From the NCBI GenBank assembly GCA_963677595.1, contig OY782041.1, forward strand, positions 2,336,001 through 2,400,000: a stretch of DNA of 64,000 bases, read 5' to 3'. This document shows positions 40,182 to 48,764 of this stretch, one piece after another. Under the pieces are notes generated by a model. That model was not told the DNA's origin. It saw nothing but the letters and a program-made list of their open reading frames with translations, and searched no databases. This DNA is from Spirochaetia bacterium (GTDB taxonomy: Bacteria; Spirochaetota; Spirochaetia; CAKZLE01). Both the position numbers and the translations under genes were made by a program. Each line of letters opens with the position of its first letter. Positions within the stretch are counted from its first letter, which is position 1.

Positions 40182-40898
40182 TCAATATGGATGACAATGG
40201 AACCAGGCCACAACCTTCCCTTTGATCACTACGTTCTCATCGTCGATTGATACTGTTTTCACGTCTGGGTATCTTGGGTTCTCTGAGGATACCTTGATGG
40301 TTCTGTCAAAAGAGTCGAATTCTACCCGTTTGACCAAGACATCGCCGTTTACTGAGAGGACATAGATTCCTTCCTTGGCAATATGGCCGAGAGCAAAGAC
40401 CACGATATCTCCATCAAATATCCTGACTCCGGTCATGGAGTCTCCACGGACCTCAACCGCTTTTAAATCTGAAATATTATAATTTGATACCAATCTTCTC
40501 AGGACCGGAATATGATTACCGGAGAACTGTTCATCTATCATCATGGCCCCGTATCCGGCAGAAGCCTTCTGATCCAGGACAGGGAGCATGAGAAAATCAT
40601 CATCCGTGCTGAGAGGGATCTCCTGATTCCTAGGGGTCATATAGATAGCATGTTTCCTGACCGCTTGAGAGACCGCTTCCTGATCTTGGAGGAGATCTTC
40701 GCCGTCGCCGGTAACCAGGTACTCGACTGATACTCCGAGAGACTTAGCAATTTTCACAGCCAGGTCGGCTTTCGGCAGTCGGTCGTGGGTAATCCAGCTG
40801 GACATCGTGCCGCTTGAAACAGCTATCTCATTACATAACCAGTTCTGGTTTTTCTCGGGGTCTAAATTTTTTTTCACTCTTTTCCAGAAATCTAACAT
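40182..40898 (-). CDS. CI-like phage repressor (HTH plus S24 peptidase)
   Basis: HTH (LGVSVEYLVTG), ASAGYG cleavage site, VRGDSM, VKR. Confidence 0.92.
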   Translation of the reverse strand: MLDFWKRVKKNLDPEKNQNWLCNEIAVSSGTMSSWITHDRLPKADLAVKIAKSLGVSVEYLVTGDGEDLLQDQEAVSQAVRKHAIYMTPRNQEIPLSTDDDFLMLPVLDQKASAGYGAMMIDEQFSGNHIPVLRRLVSNYNISDLKAVEVRGDSMTGVRIFDGDIVVFALGHIAKEGIYVLSVNGDVLVKRVEFDSFDRTIKVSSENPRYPDVKTVSIDDENVVIKGKVVAWFHCHPY

Positions 40899-41842
40899 AC
40901 GTAAGAGTATATCGAAATAGTCATATGTTGACTAGCGTATATGAGTGTCATTATTGATAAATCTGAGCAGAAAAAACATACATAAAAACCTCTTGAACAT
41001 GTAGGTATACGGATGTATAGTGACACACATGAAGACAATGAATGGAAGAAACAAACGCAAGATTGACTGGGTATTCCCGGATCTCCATTGGAAAAAAGTT
41101 GTTTATGCAGACCGATTTCGAATCCTACATATGGTAAGAAATTTCTGATCCCCTACAGACATTGTATCGTTCTCATTGATTGAAACCAACCTGGGGTACA
41201 ACCCCTGACAATACAGCTCTGCCCGGAGAGTCTTACGGGATTCCTGATTCTTATGTGGTACAAGGATCAAGGAAAATGAAGATTACCAATACTAAGGAGA
41301 AGAAGTGGCAATACGATTACAGACGACCAGAGACATTGCTGTCCAGGGAGTGAAGCTCCTGGTCTACGGTGCTGCCGGTGCCGGAAAGACCTCACTGGTG
41401 AGAACTCTGCCAAAACCGATTGTGCTATCAGCGGAAGGAGGACTGTTGTCCCTTGCAGATGAAGATATTCCGTTTATCGAGATCTCATCTGTATCTGATC
41501 TGCAGGATGCTTACAGCTGGCTGACCGGTGAAGAGGGGAGTGAATACCAGAGTATCTGTCTGGATTCCATCTCAGAGATAGCTGAGGTAGTGCTCAACTA
41601 TGAGAAGAAGCATGCCAAAGATCCCCGGCAGGCCTACGGAGCAATGCAGGAGCAGATCACCGATCTCATCCGTGCCTTCCGTGATATCCAGGGAAAGCAT
41701 GTCTATTTATTTGTCTGTAGATGTCAAGAGGTATAAACAAGAAAGTTTTGGCAATTCAAATAGACACAATTCTCCGAGACCTTAAAAATAAGGACTTGCG
41801 TGGGGAGGTGGTTAGTGATAGGCTAAAACCGTTAGATTGGCT

Positions 41843-43012
41843 TTAGCTGGTTATTGAGCTCTTATCGGAATTAATCTTGCAGGATCGGGTTCCGATGAGA
41901 GCTTCAAGTTTATAGTATTGCAGTTTCTTCAACAGATACTGTTCCCCGTCAGGCATCCGGTAGATATCACCGTTCTTCAGCAGAGCGAATCCGATAGAGA
42001 GCATCTTATTAGCAATGGCAACTGATGCTTTCTGACCAAGCTTCCGTCGGCTTTCAAGACGCTGCCAGTACCGAGTAAGAGAACAATCTCTCCTAAAGCT
42101 CTTGATCCCCCAAGCTCCCTGCATGATGTGCCTCCTGATCGGCATACACCCGTGACGAGAGACCCCAAGATGCTTATCGACCGTCCCGGATTGATCCTTC
42201 TTCGGGATGAGACCGATATAGTTCCTCAGTTGGTTAGCAGAAGAGAATCGGTCCCCATTACCGAGGAAGGCAATGAGCGTTACAGCCGTGATGTCTCCGA
42301 TACCAGGAATCGAGAGCCAGGAAAGAGCTTCTCGTGGGTGAGCGAGAATGATCTCCTTGAGCTTCTCATGAATACGTTCCATCTGCGACTCCAATGATTC
42401 AAGCTCTTCGAGCAGGAGCCCTGCACTGAATAGAGCTATCTCCTCGGTGAGCAGGGTCTCCACCCAGTCCCGTCGCTTGCGAGGATCCTTCAGATCCGAT
42501 TTCTTCAGGTCAGGGAACCCCATTCCCGTGAATACCGCATGAAGCTTGTTGATGACCTTCGTACGATACTGTGAATAGGCGATGTGAAGCTTGACTACTG
42601 AGCGCTCAGCAGATTCCTGTTCAGTCGGGATAGGAACCAGTACCCAGTTCTCCGGGTGGGCATCCCGTGCATACTTAGCCAATTTTGCAGCATCTTGCCG
42701 ATCTGACTTGCAGATCGACTCGAAGATGATATGCAGTTTCATGGGGTTGAGTACATACACGTCTGCTTCGGTGTGCTTCAGCAGATACCGTGCGAGGTTG
42801 AAGGAAGAGGTCCCTCCCTCCATGAAGATCGCATCTCCTGCTTTGAACCGTTCAGCGAGTCGCTGACGTCCTTGAGCATTCATCTTCTCGTTGAAGAAGT
42901 GATTCTTCATGAACCCTTCTTCTGCTAGTAGCATACACCCAACCAGAGTCTTCTTGGAAAGATCCAAGCCGATGATCCTGGTTGCCGTCAATCGTAAAGG
43001 TCTGTCTATCAT
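41843..43012 (-). CDS. IS110 DEDD recombinase/transposase
   Basis: IIGLDLSK, MEG, KSDRQDA, SIPGIG, YIGLIPKKDQSG. Confidence 0.95.
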   Translation of the reverse strand: MIDRPLRLTATRIIGLDLSKKTLVGCMLLAEEGFMKNHFFNEKMNAQGRQRLAERFKAGDAIFMEGGTSSFNLARYLLKHTEADVYVLNPMKLHIIFESICKSDRQDAAKLAKYARDAHPENWVLVPIPTEQESAERSVVKLHIAYSQYRTKVINKLHAVFTGMGFPDLKKSDLKDPRKRRDWVETLLTEEIALFSAGLLLEELESLESQMERIHEKLKEIILAHPREALSWLSIPGIGDITAVTLIAFLGNGDRFSSANQLRNYIGLIPKKDQSGTVDKHLGVSRHGCMPIRRHIMQGAWGIKSFRRDCSLTRYWQRLESRRKLGQKASVAIANKMLSIGFALLKNGDIYRMPDGEQYLLKKLQYYKLEALIGTRSCKINSDKSSITS

Positions 43013-43029
43013 GGCAGCCTCCTCAAAAT

Positions 43030-43270
43030 AAAATTAACGGATAGTTGGGAAGCTTTATGACAGGAAGTGCGTAGATGCCCTTCATTTTTATTATTGAGAT
43101 CATTCCCGGGGAGAATTCCCCGGGAAGTCTCCAAGTAGTCTTCGATGACCGGTCAGTGTATCTTTCTCATTGAGGTATGTCTGAAAGTCCAGCATCCATC
43201 ACAATAGATCATTACACGATCACCGGTTCCCATTCTCCGTCAAGAATAGGATAGCATCTATGACTTCTCA
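43030..43270 (-). ncRNA. Putative IS110 bridge RNA
   Basis: Four short segments match the target and donor junctions and flank internal hairpins; boundaries approximate. Confidence 0.72.
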
Positions 43271-43556
43271 ACTACAGTCATACTACTTTCTCAGCAAAGC
43301 TCGAGAAGACCCAGGACGAAATGGGAAGGATTCTCTATTCACCCTCGATGCCGGGGAACAAGACCGGACAGCAGCTTCCTTACTTTTTCGATGAGGTTCT
43401 CGCTTTGAGAGTAGAGAAGGATTCTGACGGAGTGACCCAGCGGGCACTCATGTGTGATGCCGATGGGATCTGGACGGCGAAGGACCGCTCCGGGAAGTTA
43501 GCACCCTGGGAGAGTCCTGACCTGGGAATGATCATCTCCAAGATCGGAGGTGCAGC

Positions 43557-43946
43557 ATGACCGATATCGAGAAAGCCTGCCAGGCCTGGGATGAGGCGAA
43601 GCTGGCAGAGAAAGCTGCAGTCGAGCAGCGGCGAGAGATTGAGGATTGGCTCAGTGGACAGATCAAAGTCCCTGAAAGCTTTGAAGGAACGAAATTAGTT
43701 CCTGCCGGTCCTTTCAAGATCAAGGTCACCGGACGGATGACTAGGAAAGTTGATGAGGTGGAGCTGCAGCGAATTGCTGCTATTCATGGAACAACCGATC
43801 AGCTGCCGAAGCTTTTCCGCTGGAAGGCCGAGGTGAGTAAGAGTGTATGGGATAAAACCGATCCCGAGGTGACAACCCCGCTGCTTGCAGCGATCACCAC
43901 GAAACCCGGGAGATTGAGTTTTACCATCGTCCGGGAAGAAGCATAA
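43557..43946 (+). CDS. Phage hypothetical protein of the recombination module
   Basis: 129 aa with ATGA overlap; LFRWK and AITTKPG motifs. Confidence 0.75.
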   Translation: MTDIEKACQAWDEAKLAEKAAVEQRREIEDWLSGQIKVPESFEGTKLVPAGPFKIKVTGRMTRKVDEVELQRIAAIHGTTDQLPKLFRWKAEVSKSVWDKTDPEVTTPLLAAITTKPGRLSFTIVREEA

Positions 43947-43963
43947 GGAGGAAAAGAGAGTTC

Positions 43964-44449
43964 ATGGCGTATTTAGGACAAGTATATAACGAGGCAGATC
44001 TTCCCCAGGAAGACTCCTTTGAGGCGATTCCTGCAGGCTGGTATGATGCCGAAATCAAAGAGGCTGATATCAAGGAAGCGAAGAGCGGAGGGAAATACAT
44101 CAACCTTCAGTTCAGTATCACAGGACCAACTCATGAGGGGAGGGTCGTCTTTGACCTGATCAACTTCATCAATAGGAATGCTCAAACCATGGAGATCGCT
44201 CACAAGCAGCTTGGTTCCTTGATCAGGGCAATCGGGCTGGTGAGGGTAGAGGATACTAATGAACTGGTTGGGGGAGCCTGCAGCATCAAGGTGGGCTTTT
44301 CCAAGACGAGTGAGGAGTATCCTGATCCGAGGAATGAGGTGAAGGGCTACAAGAAGAAAGAAGGAGCAGTCCCTTCGTTTCAGGCTCCGAAGCCTGCAGC
44401 AGCACCTGCTGCAGATGATAAGAGCACTCCTCCCTGGGCAAGACGATAA
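43964..44449 (+). CDS. DUF669-family phage ssDNA-binding protein
   Basis: IPAGWY, GRVVFD, RNEVKGY, PPWAR tail; next to Sak4. Confidence 0.85.
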   Translation: MAYLGQVYNEADLPQEDSFEAIPAGWYDAEIKEADIKEAKSGGKYINLQFSITGPTHEGRVVFDLINFINRNAQTMEIAHKQLGSLIRAIGLVRVEDTNELVGGACSIKVGFSKTSEEYPDPRNEVKGYKKKEGAVPSFQAPKPAAAPAADDKSTPPWARR

Positions 44450-44527
44450 AAGACGACCAAATCTGCCACATCCTCAGGAAGTGATTCCTGAGGAGTGTCT
44501 ATCGAACTGCGAATCAAGGAGGAGTGC

Positions 44528-45553
44528 ATGGCTATTATACCAGAGCCTGAAATCAATACAATATCCCTCATCAACCGATATCATGAAGAATTATCGGAGA
44601 AACCCCGTTATCATCTGGGCTTCTCTCTTCTCGGGCATCCCTGTGACCGATGGCTCTGGCTGTCTTTCCGCTGGGCGGTGAGGGAACAATTTCCCGGCAG
44701 GATCAAGCGCCTGTTCAGAAGAGGGCAGGATGAAGAGCTCACTGCAGCTTCAGATCTCCGGGCGATCGGGGTGGACCTGAGAGAAACCGGACGATACCAG
44801 CGGACGATCTATGCCGGGTCCCATGTTCAGGGATCTCCTGATGGAATAATCTATCATGGACTTCCTGAAGCATCAAAGACGATGCATGTGTGGGAATGTA
44901 AAACTCACTCCAAGAAGAGCTTTGATGAACTCGAGAAAAAGGGAGTAGAAAAGGCAAAGTGGCAGCACTTTGTCCAGATGCAGTGCTCCATGACCAAGGC
45001 GAATATTACCCGAGCTCTCTATTATGCAGTCTGCAAGGATGATGATCGTCTCTATACTGATCGGGTCTATATCGACCGGGAGATCGGAGAGAAATACATC
45101 GAACGGGGTAAAAGGATCGCCTTGAGTGAACGTATCCCCGAGCCGATGTCAGCTGATCCTTCCTGGTATCAGTGTAAGCTCTGTGCTGCTCATTCCTTCT
45201 GTTTTGAAGCTCAATCAACTCAGGAAATCAACTGCAGGACCTGTGCCCATTCCACCCCGGAAGTAAACAGCACCTGGACCTGTGCCAGATGGAAGGCTGA
45301 GATTCCGAAGGAAGCCCAGACAGACGGTTGCAGAGCTCATGTGTTTCATCCTGATCTTGTTCCCTGGAAACTGCAGGAAGAGAAATGCAGCGAGAGGGAG
45401 GCTTGCTGGATTATCGGAGACCAGGAAGTTATTAACGGAGAAGCCGGGTATTCAAGCAGGGAGATATTATCTGGAAGCCCCTTCGGCGATGCAGTCATTG
45501 ATACCATACGGGAACTTTTTTCAGGTGAGTTAATTACCACCACTACAACATAG
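44528..45553 (+). CDS. Cas4-like PD-(D/E)xK phage exonuclease
   Basis: HPCDRW, SPDG, WECKT, QMQ, CKLC...C (Fe-S staple pattern). Confidence 0.82.
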   Translation: MAIIPEPEINTISLINRYHEELSEKPRYHLGFSLLGHPCDRWLWLSFRWAVREQFPGRIKRLFRRGQDEELTAASDLRAIGVDLRETGRYQRTIYAGSHVQGSPDGIIYHGLPEASKTMHVWECKTHSKKSFDELEKKGVEKAKWQHFVQMQCSMTKANITRALYYAVCKDDDRLYTDRVYIDREIGEKYIERGKRIALSERIPEPMSADPSWYQCKLCAAHSFCFEAQSTQEINCRTCAHSTPEVNSTWTCARWKAEIPKEAQTDGCRAHVFHPDLVPWKLQEEKCSEREACWIIGDQEVINGEAGYSSREILSGSPFGDAVIDTIRELFSGELITTTTT

Positions 45554-45562
45554 GAGAAAAAA

Positions 45563-46948
45563 TTGAATGAGTTACATTTATTTGCAGGGGCAGGGGGAGG
45601 AATCCTCGGTGGCCACTTGCTCGGTCATAGAACAGTGTGTGCAGTTGAAATTGAATCCTTCCCAAAGGAGGTGCTGTTGCAGAGGCAGCGTGATGGAGTC
45701 CTTCCTTGGTTCCCTATCTGGGATGATATCAGGACGTTTGACGGAACCCCATGGAGAGACTGCGTCGACATTGTTTGCGGAGGATTCCCCTGCCAGGATA
45801 TTAGTGCTGCAGGGAAAGGCAAAGGGATTTCAGGTGAAAGGTCGGGGCTCTGGTCGGAAATGGCGAGGGTGGTCAGCGAAGTTAGACCAAAGTATGTCTT
45901 TGTGGAAAATTCGCCCTTGCTTACCGGACGAGGACTTGACCGGGTCCTCATGGATCTGGCCGGCCTGGGGTATGATGCAAGATGGGGAGTGTTGGGTGCA
46001 GATGATGCCGGTGCTCCTCACCGAAGGAAAAGAATCTGGATCTTCGCGTATGATCCCGACCCCAACATGTTCAGATACCAGAACAGCCAACATGAAAAGC
46101 TCTCAAACTTCAGAGAACACCATGCACAGTGTAACATTAGCGAGATTGGTGGAGAAAGAGCCTTGGAAGATATGGCCTACTCCAACGAGTACCGATGCAA
46201 CTGCCGGGGCAGTATTGAATCAGAACACGAAGCTGATCAGGTTGAAATCGGGGCGATTAAGGAAGGTTTCGAACAACGGGGTTGCAGGAAGCATTGGTCT
46301 GGCGAGAACGGTTGCACTATGGCCGACTCCGGACGCAAGCATGGGGACGAGAGGATTGGAGAAGGACTGGAAGCCGGTACGTCCAAGTGGGCATCATGCT
46401 CAGTACACGATCAATCAGGCAGTGAACGATGTAGAAACCTTTTGGCCGACTCCTACCGCAAGCGAGGATGTAGCAGGAACCCCGGAGGGGAAGATGCAAT
46501 GGATGCTGACCCAAGCAGCGAAGAGTGGATGCAAGACTCGGAAGGAATATCTTGGTGGGAAATCGACCCCGCGGAATTACCCGACCCCGACAACTTCAGA
46601 TCGTTTCAATGTAGAACCTCAGCACGACAAGGGGAGAAAGCTTCTGAGGATGGAAGCTCATCCAGAGGGAACCGAAAATCTGACTGCTGCTCAAGCAAAC
46701 CAGATGAATGGCCAGTTGAACCCGGATTGGGTGGAATGGCTGATGGAATGGCCGATTGGGTGGACCTCGCTGGAACCGCTTTCGGGGGAAAAATACCAAG
46801 GGTGGGTACAGGCATCGATAAACGTGTTAAAAGGCTTAAGGCGATAGGAAACGGTCAGGTCCCTGTGGTAGCAGCAATGGCATTTATTATCCTCTCTCAA
46901 GGAATCATTCCTGATGAAGAGTCTTTATCGATGGAGAACGTATGCTGA
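45563..46948 (+). CDS. Phage C5 DNA methyltransferase, alpha frame (motifs I-VIII and X)
   Basis: LFAGAGG, GGFPCQD, ENSP, HRRKRIW, RLKAIGNGQVP; low-conservation middle region. Confidence 0.9.
   Translation: MNELHLFAGAGGGILGGHLLGHRTVCAVEIESFPKEVLLQRQRDGVLPWFPIWDDIRTFDGTPWRDCVDIVCGGFPCQDISAAGKGKGISGERSGLWSEMARVVSEVRPKYVFVENSPLLTGRGLDRVLMDLAGLGYDARWGVLGADDAGAPHRRKRIWIFAYDPDPNMFRYQNSQHEKLSNFREHHAQCNISEIGGERALEDMAYSNEYRCNCRGSIESEHEADQVEIGAIKEGFEQRGCRKHWSGENGCTMADSGRKHGDERIGEGLEAGTSKWASCSVHDQSGSERCRNLLADSYRKRGCSRNPGGEDAMDADPSSEEWMQDSEGISWWEIDPAELPDPDNFRSFQCRTSARQGEKASEDGSSSRGNRKSDCCSSKPDEWPVEPGLGGMADGMADWVDLAGTAFGGKIPRVGTGIDKRVKRLKAIGNGQVPVVAAMAFIILSQGIIPDEESLSMENVC
45567..46847 (+). CDS. Overlapping +1 frame polypeptide (TRD repeats plus motif IX), MTase beta subunit
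   Basis: 426-codon open frame with five PTP repeats and GQLNPDWVEWLMEWPIGWT. Confidence 0.75.
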   Translation: MSYIYLQGQGEESSVATCSVIEQCVQLKLNPSQRRCCCRGSVMESFLGSLSGMISGRLTEPHGETASTLFAEDSPARILVLQGKAKGFQVKGRGSGRKWRGWSAKLDQSMSLWKIRPCLPDEDLTGSSWIWPAWGMMQDGECWVQMMPVLLTEGKESGSSRMIPTPTCSDTRTANMKSSQTSENTMHSVTLARLVEKEPWKIWPTPTSTDATAGAVLNQNTKLIRLKSGRLRKVSNNGVAGSIGLARTVALWPTPDASMGTRGLEKDWKPVRPSGHHAQYTINQAVNDVETFWPTPTASEDVAGTPEGKMQWMLTQAAKSGCKTRKEYLGGKSTPRNYPTPTTSDRFNVEPQHDKGRKLLRMEAHPEGTENLTAAQANQMNGQLNPDWVEWLMEWPIGWTSLEPLSGEKYQGWVQASINVLKGLRR

Positions 46949-48579
46949 GACCATATCAGGAGAAAGCGCTCAAGGACCTCTACAGCTGGTTCGAAACTCA
47001 TGAAGGACATCCGTGCCTGGTACTGCCTACCGGTGCCGGGAAGAGTCATATCATTGCCGAGCTCTGTAAGGATGCGATACAGAAATGGCCGGAAACCAGG
47101 ATACTCATGCTCACCCATGTGAAAGAGCTCATCGAGCAGAATGCCCAGAAGCTGAGGCTCCATTGGCCGAATGCACCCCTGGGGATCTACTCAGCAGGGA
47201 TCGGCAGGAGAGAACTCGGTGAACCGATCACCTTCGCCGGTATCCAGTCGATCAGGAACCATGAAGTCGGGCATATCGATCTCTGTATCATCGATGAATG
47301 TCATCTTGTGAGTCACAAGGCAGAAGGGACCTATCGGTCCTTCCTGCAGCGGCTCCAGGAGATAAATCCAGATATGAGGGTGATCGGGCTCACGGCAACT
47401 CCCTATCGTCTTGGGCATGGACTGATCACCGATGCTCCCGCCTTATTCGATGATCTCATCGAACCGGTCACCATTGAGGAGCTCCAGAGTCAGGGTTATC
47501 TTGCAGATCTCAGAAGTAAGATCACCAGGTCGAAGCTCTCAGCAGATGGAGTACACCGGCGAGGTGGTGAGTATATCGAGAAGGAGCTGCAGCAGGCAGT
47601 CGATGTCACAGCGAAGACGGAAGCGGTGATTGAGGAAGTGATCAGCCTGGCGGGTGTGAGAAAATCGTGGCTCTTTTTCTGTACCGGGGTGGAACATGCC
47701 CAGCACGTGAAGGAGATCCTAAACTCCCGGGCTATTGCAGCTGACTGCATTACTGGATCAACCGGGAAGAAGGAACGCCAGAGAATCATCGAGTCGTTCA
47801 AGGCAGGAGAAATCAGGGCTCTAACCAATGCCAACGTACTGACCACCGGCTTTGATTATCCCGATATCGATCTCATTGTGATGATGAGACCAACCTTATC
47901 ACCGGGACTCTATATCCAGATGGCGGGGAGAGGCCTGAGGCTGAAGAGCCATACCGATCACTGCCTGGTGCTTGATTTCGCCGGGGTAGTGGAAACTCAT
48001 GGCCCGATCACGAATGTGAGAATCCCGGGAAGAAAATCAGAAGATAGCGATGCTATTCCTCCCTCTAAGATCTGCCCCAAATGTGATGAGATCTTGGCTG
48101 CTCAGGCTATGGTCTGCAGGTACTGTGGTTATGAGTTCCCTGCAGCAGAGCATCATGACTGGCAGCTGCATGATGATGACATTATGGGGAAGGAAGAGAG
48201 CAGCATGCTGGTAACCAGCTGGCTGTGGTCTCCCCATATAAGCCGGAAAAGTGGGAAGGAAATGGTGAAGATCACCTATTTCGGAGCTCTCTCTGATATG
48301 CCGGTCGTTGAGTATCTGCTGATCTTCCATGACGGCTATGCCGGAAGAAAAGCTCTCGGGTCCCTGAAGTTCATAGCAGCAAGCTGCCAGGTGGAGATCG
48401 ATGAGAGCTGGAATATTGATGAGCTCTGTATGGTGTTCAGTCTGAAAAACCCTCCTGAGGCGATCTCCTACCGGAAGGACGGGACCTTCTACAGGGTAAC
48501 AGAGAGAGTCTGGGAGAAACGAGAAGAAGAGGGAATAGAGCCGGCAGACAGCTCATTCTATGCGAGGAGAATTGTATGA
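46942..48579 (+). CDS. SF2 DEAD/DEAH helicase (RadD-like) with zinc ribbon
   Basis: LRPYQ, PTGAGKS, DECH, TAT, QMAGRGLR, CPKC..CRYC. Confidence 0.92.
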   Translation: MLRPYQEKALKDLYSWFETHEGHPCLVLPTGAGKSHIIAELCKDAIQKWPETRILMLTHVKELIEQNAQKLRLHWPNAPLGIYSAGIGRRELGEPITFAGIQSIRNHEVGHIDLCIIDECHLVSHKAEGTYRSFLQRLQEINPDMRVIGLTATPYRLGHGLITDAPALFDDLIEPVTIEELQSQGYLADLRSKITRSKLSADGVHRRGGEYIEKELQQAVDVTAKTEAVIEEVISLAGVRKSWLFFCTGVEHAQHVKEILNSRAIAADCITGSTGKKERQRIIESFKAGEIRALTNANVLTTGFDYPDIDLIVMMRPTLSPGLYIQMAGRGLRLKSHTDHCLVLDFAGVVETHGPITNVRIPGRKSEDSDAIPPSKICPKCDEILAAQAMVCRYCGYEFPAAEHHDWQLHDDDIMGKEESSMLVTSWLWSPHISRKSGKEMVKITYFGALSDMPVVEYLLIFHDGYAGRKALGSLKFIAASCQVEIDESWNIDELCMVFSLKNPPEAISYRKDGTFYRVTERVWEKREEEGIEPADSSFYARRIV

Positions 48580-48764
48580 GACATCCAGAACCTGATTTTG
48601 TAACCGCCTGGCTGAGAGGAGAAGTCCCCAAATGCTGCCATACCTGTCTTCAGTATTCGGAAGGCGGGATTTGTAAGATCTTCAGCACAGAACCTCCTGA
48701 ACAGTTTGCCCGGACCATTAAGGCCTGCGATGACTGGGAATCTTTCGATGGAGTGCCATTTTGA
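48576..48764 (+). CDS. Small Cys-rich phage protein
   Basis: CCHTC...C...C; overlaps both neighbours. Confidence 0.6.
   Translation: MRHPEPDFVTAWLRGEVPKCCHTCLQYSEGGICKIFSTEPPEQFARTIKACDDWESFDGVPF

Larger units (their letters stand above)
41709..43289 (-). mobile_element. IS110-family insertion sequence
   Basis: TTT core at both junctions (41706-41708 and 43287-43289), imperfect subterminal repeats, about 277-bp non-coding end upstream of the recombinase. Confidence 0.9.
41305..43560 (+). pseudogene. Sak4-like AAA_24 recombination ATPase interrupted by IS110
   Basis: 5' part has GAAGAGKT and LDSISE; joining 41708 to 43290 restores HVYFSAKLEKTQDEMG in frame. Confidence 0.88.

Noticed and set aside
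44528-45553. Cas4 as evidence of a CRISPR-Cas system
   Set aside because: It sits in a standard phage Sak4-SSB-nuclease-helicase module; no cas1/cas2 or array
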